A stretch of DNA of 38,326 bases from Nemertoderma westbladi. Taxonomy: Eukaryota > Animalia > Xenacoelomorpha. The stretch's first letter is position 1; each line of letters opens with the position of its first letter. The translations under genes and the position numbers were made by a program. Shown piece after piece: positions 33,525 to 38,326 of this stretch. Where the stretch lies: positions 1 through 38,326 of the forward strand of contig JAUCBJ010003243.1 in assembly GCA_032718475.1 (NCBI GenBank). The letters run 5' to 3'. Below the pieces are notes generated by a model, which worked only from the letters and a program-made list of their open reading frames with translations, had not been told where the DNA came from and did no database searches.

Positions 33525-35180
33525 CTACTACTACTACTAGGATCGGCATGCTGCATTGCAGCTGCATTTTTAAGAATGCTGTGCCGGCTTGTCAACAAAA
33601 TTGCACCGCCACAACTCCGTATCATCCATGACATTTGCTAGATCATCCGCATCTTCGAGGCCAGTGTCCTTTAAGATGCGTCTCAAGAAAGTCATGGGCT
33701 GTCCACCATGCTTATTCACTCCATGAGGCTGCCAAAGTACAAGATTATGCACTGGCTGGTCCTCACGGCGAAAGCATTGTCCTGCAAAGCGGAGGCGATT
33801 TTGTTCTAGTGTCAAGCTTGGGGGAACCAATGAGACACCTCCAATGTTATATAGTGTCTGGTTGGAGATGTGTGCATTGTACTTGACACAATGAACCCGG
33901 CGTAGCATTCTTGTGAATGTACCATCCAGAGATTTGGTGTCCTCAGCAGTTAGAGCCCAGCATGGACTCCCGTAGAGGAGTACTGGAACTACTGCTGCTC
34001 TAAATAATCGGACCTTAAGTTTACGATTAATTCTCGGTGACTTCCAAATCCTGGAAAGCCTATTCAAGGCTGCCCATGCCTTTCCCTTACGTATTCGAAG
34101 GTCCTCACCTGACTTCCGGATCCATGATCCCAGGTAACAGAAGTCGTCCACATGCTCAAGCATACCATCCTTTGAGCTTATGCTCATCCGATCAGAGACT
34201 TGCTGAGGACTTTCAAAGTTAACTGTCAGAATTTTGGTCTTTCTGGAGTTAATAAAAAGACCAACACTAAAAGCAGCATGTTCTAATGAGCTGAGGAGCC
34301 GTTGGGCTCCCTCTAATGATTCTGAGAGTACTCCTAAGTCATCAGCAAAGTCTAGATCAGTTAGGTACTCGGCAGGATTTCCTCGACTTCTGGAGCCAGT
34401 AGGTGGAGTTATCATCACCCCATCATCATTATGATGATCTAAGGACATGCGTAGAACATAGTCAACCACAATAATGAACAAGAATGGTGCAAGTGTGTCT
34501 CCTTGGTGGACGCCCCATAACACTTCAAATGGTTCTGTGTCTCCGTCAACAGTAGACACAAATGTTGTCGAACCATCGTATACTGATCTGATTGCTGCAA
34601 TAATTTCATCAGGAATCCCATATAATGAAAGTATGATGAACATACGTGAGCGAGAGACTGAATCAAAGGCCTTGAAGAAGTCAACAAAGATAACAGCCAG
34701 ATGCCTGTCTTTCTTTTTTGATAATTCTTCAATTATCCTTCTAAGTGCCAAAATGGGCTCCATGGTCCCACGACCTTTACGGAACCCATTCTGATTTCCA
34801 CGAAGCAGTCTCTCAATGGGATCCCTGATGCGATTTAATAGAATCCTATTGTATAGCTTTGCAGCAATCGAGATCAATGAGATTCCCCGAAAAGAACCAT
34901 AGAGTGTTAGGTTGCCCTTCTTGGGAACTGGCACCAACTTATTTGTTTTCATTTCTTGTGGGACTCTTGTTGTTCGGTACATGTCTACTATGATGGGATA
35001 GATGAGCTTTAAACACTCAGGTATTTTAAAGACCTCAGGGGGAACACCATCTACTCCACTGGCACGATTGGTCTTAATGCTCTTTGCAGCAGCCCTCACT
35101 TCTGCAAAGGAGATATCGCCAATGGGAATATCTGGGAGTACAGACTCAGACACTTTTACTTCTATAAAGTTATCAGGCAA
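33525..35180 (-). mobile_element. 5'-truncated RTE-clade non-LTR retrotransposon, young insertion
   Basis: 12-bp TSD TGGTTTTGGCTA (33513-33524, 35181-35192), (TAG)n 3' tail on the minus strand, intact RT frame. Confidence 0.93.
33570..35180 (-). CDS. Reverse transcriptase (C-terminal 536 aa of an RTE ORF; no native start)
   Basis: VPVPKKG..FRGISL, NQNGFRKGRGT, FVDFFKAFDSV, GVHQGDTLAPFLF, DLDFADDL, FCYLGS, VLLYG, RLRFAG motifs of non-LTR RT. Confidence 0.93.
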   Translation of the reverse strand: MPDNFIEVKVSESVLPDIPIGDISFAEVRAAAKSIKTNRASGVDGVPPEVFKIPECLKLIYPIIVDMYRTTRVPQEMKTNKLVPVPKKGNLTLYGSFRGISLISIAAKLYNRILLNRIRDPIERLLRGNQNGFRKGRGTMEPILALRRIIEELSKKKDRHLAVIFVDFFKAFDSVSRSRMFIILSLYGIPDEIIAAIRSVYDGSTTFVSTVDGDTEPFEVLWGVHQGDTLAPFLFIIVVDYVLRMSLDHHNDDGVMITPPTGSRSRGNPAEYLTDLDFADDLGVLSESLEGAQRLLSSLEHAAFSVGLFINSRKTKILTVNFESPQQVSDRMSISSKDGMLEHVDDFCYLGSWIRKSGEDLRIRKGKAWAALNRLSRIWKSPRINRKLKVRLFRAAVVPVLLYGSPCWALTAEDTKSLDGTFTRMLRRVHCVKYNAHISNQTLYNIGGVSLVPPSLTLEQNRLRFAGQCFRREDQPVHNLVLWQPHGVNKHGGQPMTFLRRILKDTGLEDADDLANVMDDTELWRCNFVDKPAQHS

Positions 35181-36739
35181 TGGTTTTGGCTAAAATTTGG
35201 CATATAGGTGCCTAAGATGCTATTCTACATGACAGGTCTGAAAAAAAAATTTTTTCGTTATTTAATATTAGTTAATACTAGTTAACAACAAAAAAAACTT
35301 GGTTGCGCTTAAAACCCTAACACTTATACAGGCAATCTAATCACATGAAAGTTTTTTTATGTGATAGATCAAAGATGGGGCAACATAACTATCAGGCGAA
35401 ATTTTGTGAAAATAATTCTGCACCGCTAGGTGGCGCTGCAAATTTATGCAAATTTTTAGGTTTGTTATAAATAGTATTAAATTTTATTAACAAATAATTT
35501 CGAAAAGTTGTATGATACTTTTATGCAGGGTGGCTATGTAGACACCCACAGAAAGTTTTAGACTAATTGCTCAAAAATTGTAGAAGTAGTAGGGTTTTGA
35601 AGTTGACAATTTAATAAAAAAAATATTTGGAGATAATCGACCTTTCATTATACATAGTAATAGTAATTTCAATAGGAATTCCTAAATGGAAATTTACATA
35701 ACTTGACAACTAAAAGAGCTATGAAATAGCGGTTATCAGATTTTGAAACACCATTCAATGGTGCATTATATTAGACCATAAAGAAATTTCGACATATTTT
35801 GGACCACAATGGTGTATCCCCCCCCTTAAATTTTTTTTTACAAAGTTTAAGTTGACTCGTTTTGAAACTGTTTCGAAAATTTCAACAAATTTGCTCCGAT
35901 TTAAAGAGGGTTGGGAAAGAAGGTTAAACTCATGCATGCAATATGTAAAATAGACTGTAATGCCTGAACTGACCATAATTACATTGGGAAACTTAAACGA
36001 AAACATGTAAAACGCCACAACGAACATTATTTATGGAGAGTGTTAGAGTTTTTACTGACAGTGTTGGTGGTGGGCTTAAAATTTGAATGTAAATAATGGT
36101 AATTGGTAAATAAAATGTATCGATTTATAGTTTTAAGCGGTCTTATATAATGGCTATAAACGTTGTGGAATAACACAACACTGTATCGACAATGGCCACT
36201 TATTCGACGAATATAACGTGTCAGTTCTAGACTCCCATATATAGATCCAACCGATTTGGCAACTCACGAAACTATTCCAATACGAACTAATTTATATACA
36301 TATATTTTTATAATAATTTATTTTACCAGGAATAAAACGACATTAAAAATTGTACTTTCTTTGATGAGTGACCCTTATATACTTATATGAACTTACATTA
36401 ATATTTTTCCACACTCACTGTTCTGTACACTCGTAATTTTTGAAAAAGACACTTACTCTGCTATAAACAGTACAATAATTCCACACGTATTGTAACATGA
36501 GAAAACCTACCAAATCCAATGATACATTTCTCTGTTTGCGGTGGTGGGTAAATTTCAAAAAGGTCAGAGTATCATATTCTGTATCACTACCGGTCTAAAT
36601 ACTACAGTGTCAAGTTGTTCCAAACAGTATTCCAAACCGTATGAGTCAAAAATCATCTCCCTACTGCACGAGAATTTAACTCGCAGAAATAAGCTGTTTC
36701 TTATTAAAAATTGTATTAGTTCAACTCAGAGCAGAGGAC

Positions 36740-37358
36740 CCCATGTAACCGGAATTTTCAATTTTACATTTAAATTTTTACAAAAGTTTTATAAAAGTGT
36801 CTTTTACGAAATTGTTGCCTTCGTTTCGTTGCCATTTTTCTCATCAATATTGATTTATTTTTTATATATTTGAAAGCTTGCATTGTGAGGATTCCAAATA
36901 TGTATCAATGTCTCAATTTCGTTGAGAAACAGATGAGATATGGGCGTTCTAAGATTGCAAGAAGTATCTTTCATTATAATATACCAGTTATTTATGTATA
37001 TGTGTAGCTATGCATACATAAATATAATAATATATTATAAATAGGATAAATAAATAGGATTTTTATCATAAAAATGATAAAAATAATAACACGTTCTAGA
37101 ATGTTGTGTTTATATTAATTATAATAAATGACCTCCAGCGAATGATAATTTATCACAATCTTTGAACGCCAGTATTATATTTCAGCTGTTTCTCAACGAA
37201 ACTCAAAATATATTTATATTTGGAATCCTTACAACTCAAGCTTTCTAATAATATGTCGTTGTGGCCAATATGAGGAATGGCCGTAATGCAATGAGGGCGA
37301 TATCGCAAACGTTAAACGTCTATAAATTCAAAAAAGAAAATTCTATGTAGCTCCATGT
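36740..37358. mobile_element. Degenerate fold-back MITE
   Basis: GAAAGCTTG..AGGATTCCAAATAT..TTTCGTTGAGAAACAG (36872-36931) is mirrored by CTGTTTCTCAACGAAA..ATATTTGGAATCCT..CAAGCTTTC (37186-37246); outer arms are more diverged. Confidence 0.6.
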
Positions 37359-38087
37359 TAAATAAAGTATGATAAAGATTTGTATAAAAATAAGGTGGGG
37401 TGTGGGTTAGGGATGTCCCTTCTTATCTAAAATGACACTTTATAGGCAAGGTGTAATATATTATTATAATAAGCCTTGTTGTATGCCTAAGTAATGGGAC
37501 TGTGTGGCAGACTTAAAAATGAAAGTTTTTATTATACATTACCGGTTGTATTCTCTTACAGTTACTTTACTGCATTGCAGTACCGGTACGCCTATTGGTA
37601 CCATTATAGTTTGTTTATTTAAGTAGAACTACCAGTTGGTTAAAACGCCATTGATACAAACCAATAACAAACAACCTAACAGATAACTGAATACATAATA
37701 TTATTAAGCTAATTGCTGGTTTATTAGTTTATTTTTATGTTACATTTACCGGAACCAAACCGCACCTAAATCTATCCGACTACAGGGACTATGTTGTAAT
37801 GGTCTATATTCTGATACCCCTATTAGACTAATTTTAATTTCGTTCCCATGGTACCCGATATTGGCAGGAGGCAGTGAAGGTAATGTTCAGTTAATCCGCA
37901 TCATATCGGTAAGTAAATTATTAATTAAATAAAATTAAATTAAATAATAATAATTAATGTAATTAATTCATTTAAGTGTTATAATGATTATTACTTACTA
38001 TGGTACGTGGTACGGTACTGAATTAGACCCTAGGCCTAATTAATTAATTTAACGTGTTTTAATAAAAGAGGTCTATTAATTAATTAC

Positions 38088-38326
38088 CTGTAATAATATG
38101 CCGGTCATCTTTACAGAAATCGACAGCATCGATGTCGCTCCCCGTTCCTTCAATCCGGTTGATAACCTCCCCAGTTACAGAATTTAGAATATAAATCAAC
38201 CCGGTGTTCCACCCAACAGCAGCGATTCTGGATCCGTTCGGACTCAATACGATCCTCCGGACCTCAGGAGTTGCTTCTTGTCTCCACAAGGTCTCCCCTG
38301 TACCAACACCGAAGCGATGGATCCCT
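38088..38326 (-). CDS. WD40/beta-propeller exon (runs off window), probable upstream exon of the ROCO gene
   Basis: Open frame GIHRFGVGTGETLWRQEATPEVRRIVLSPNGSRIAAVGWNTGLIYILNSVTGEVINRIEGTGSDIDAVDFCKDDRHIITG; donor CAG|GTAATT at 38088/38087, phase 1. Confidence 0.85.

Larger units (their letters stand above)
33432..35825. mobile_element. TTAA-flanked non-autonomous DNA transposon (Kolobok-like GG..CC termini), ~730 bp once the nested LINE is removed
   Basis: TTAA|GGGG..GTACAACATT at 33428 and AATGGTGTATCCCCCCCC|TTAA ending 35829; superfamily assignment is by termini only. Confidence 0.6.

Noticed and set aside
37786-37910. Plus-strand mini-exon (..PILAGGSEGNVQLIRIIS, donor GTAAGT)
   Set aside because: Short, opposite to the host gene, no partner exons visible; could be chance.

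Overview
AT-rich, intron-containing eukaryotic DNA, most likely from a marine invertebrate (inference); it is not prokaryotic and has no CRISPR array, rRNA or tRNA that I can see. The host gene is on the minus strand. A WD40/beta-propeller exon (38088 to window end) appears to splice in phase 1 across a ~23 kb intron (15058-38087) onto a 3.3 kb exon (11756-15057) encoding a winged-helix-like segment, Roc GTPase, COR and two tandem CARD-like death folds, i.e. an unusual ROCO immune/cell-death type protein. The intron is packed with nested repeats. The largest is a young 12.6 kb BEL/Pao LTR retrotransposon (15385-27947; ~99.4% identical LTRs, TATAT TSD) inserted into a small MITE. It keeps gag-protease but has lost RT, most of RNase H and integrase through in-frame deletions, has no canonical tRNA PBS, and carries an extra, apparently spliced, zinc-finger/NLS accessory gene in its 3' region. 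The intron also holds 12-bp and 35-bp satellites and a 5'-truncated RTE LINE inside a TTAA-flanked MITE. Downstream of the gene lie a 3.6 kb 30-bp minisatellite bracketed by splice-site-like sequences, a non-autonomous piggyBac inserted in an old RTE 3' end, and further RTE fragments. All calls are from motif recognition by eye; no database searches were run.
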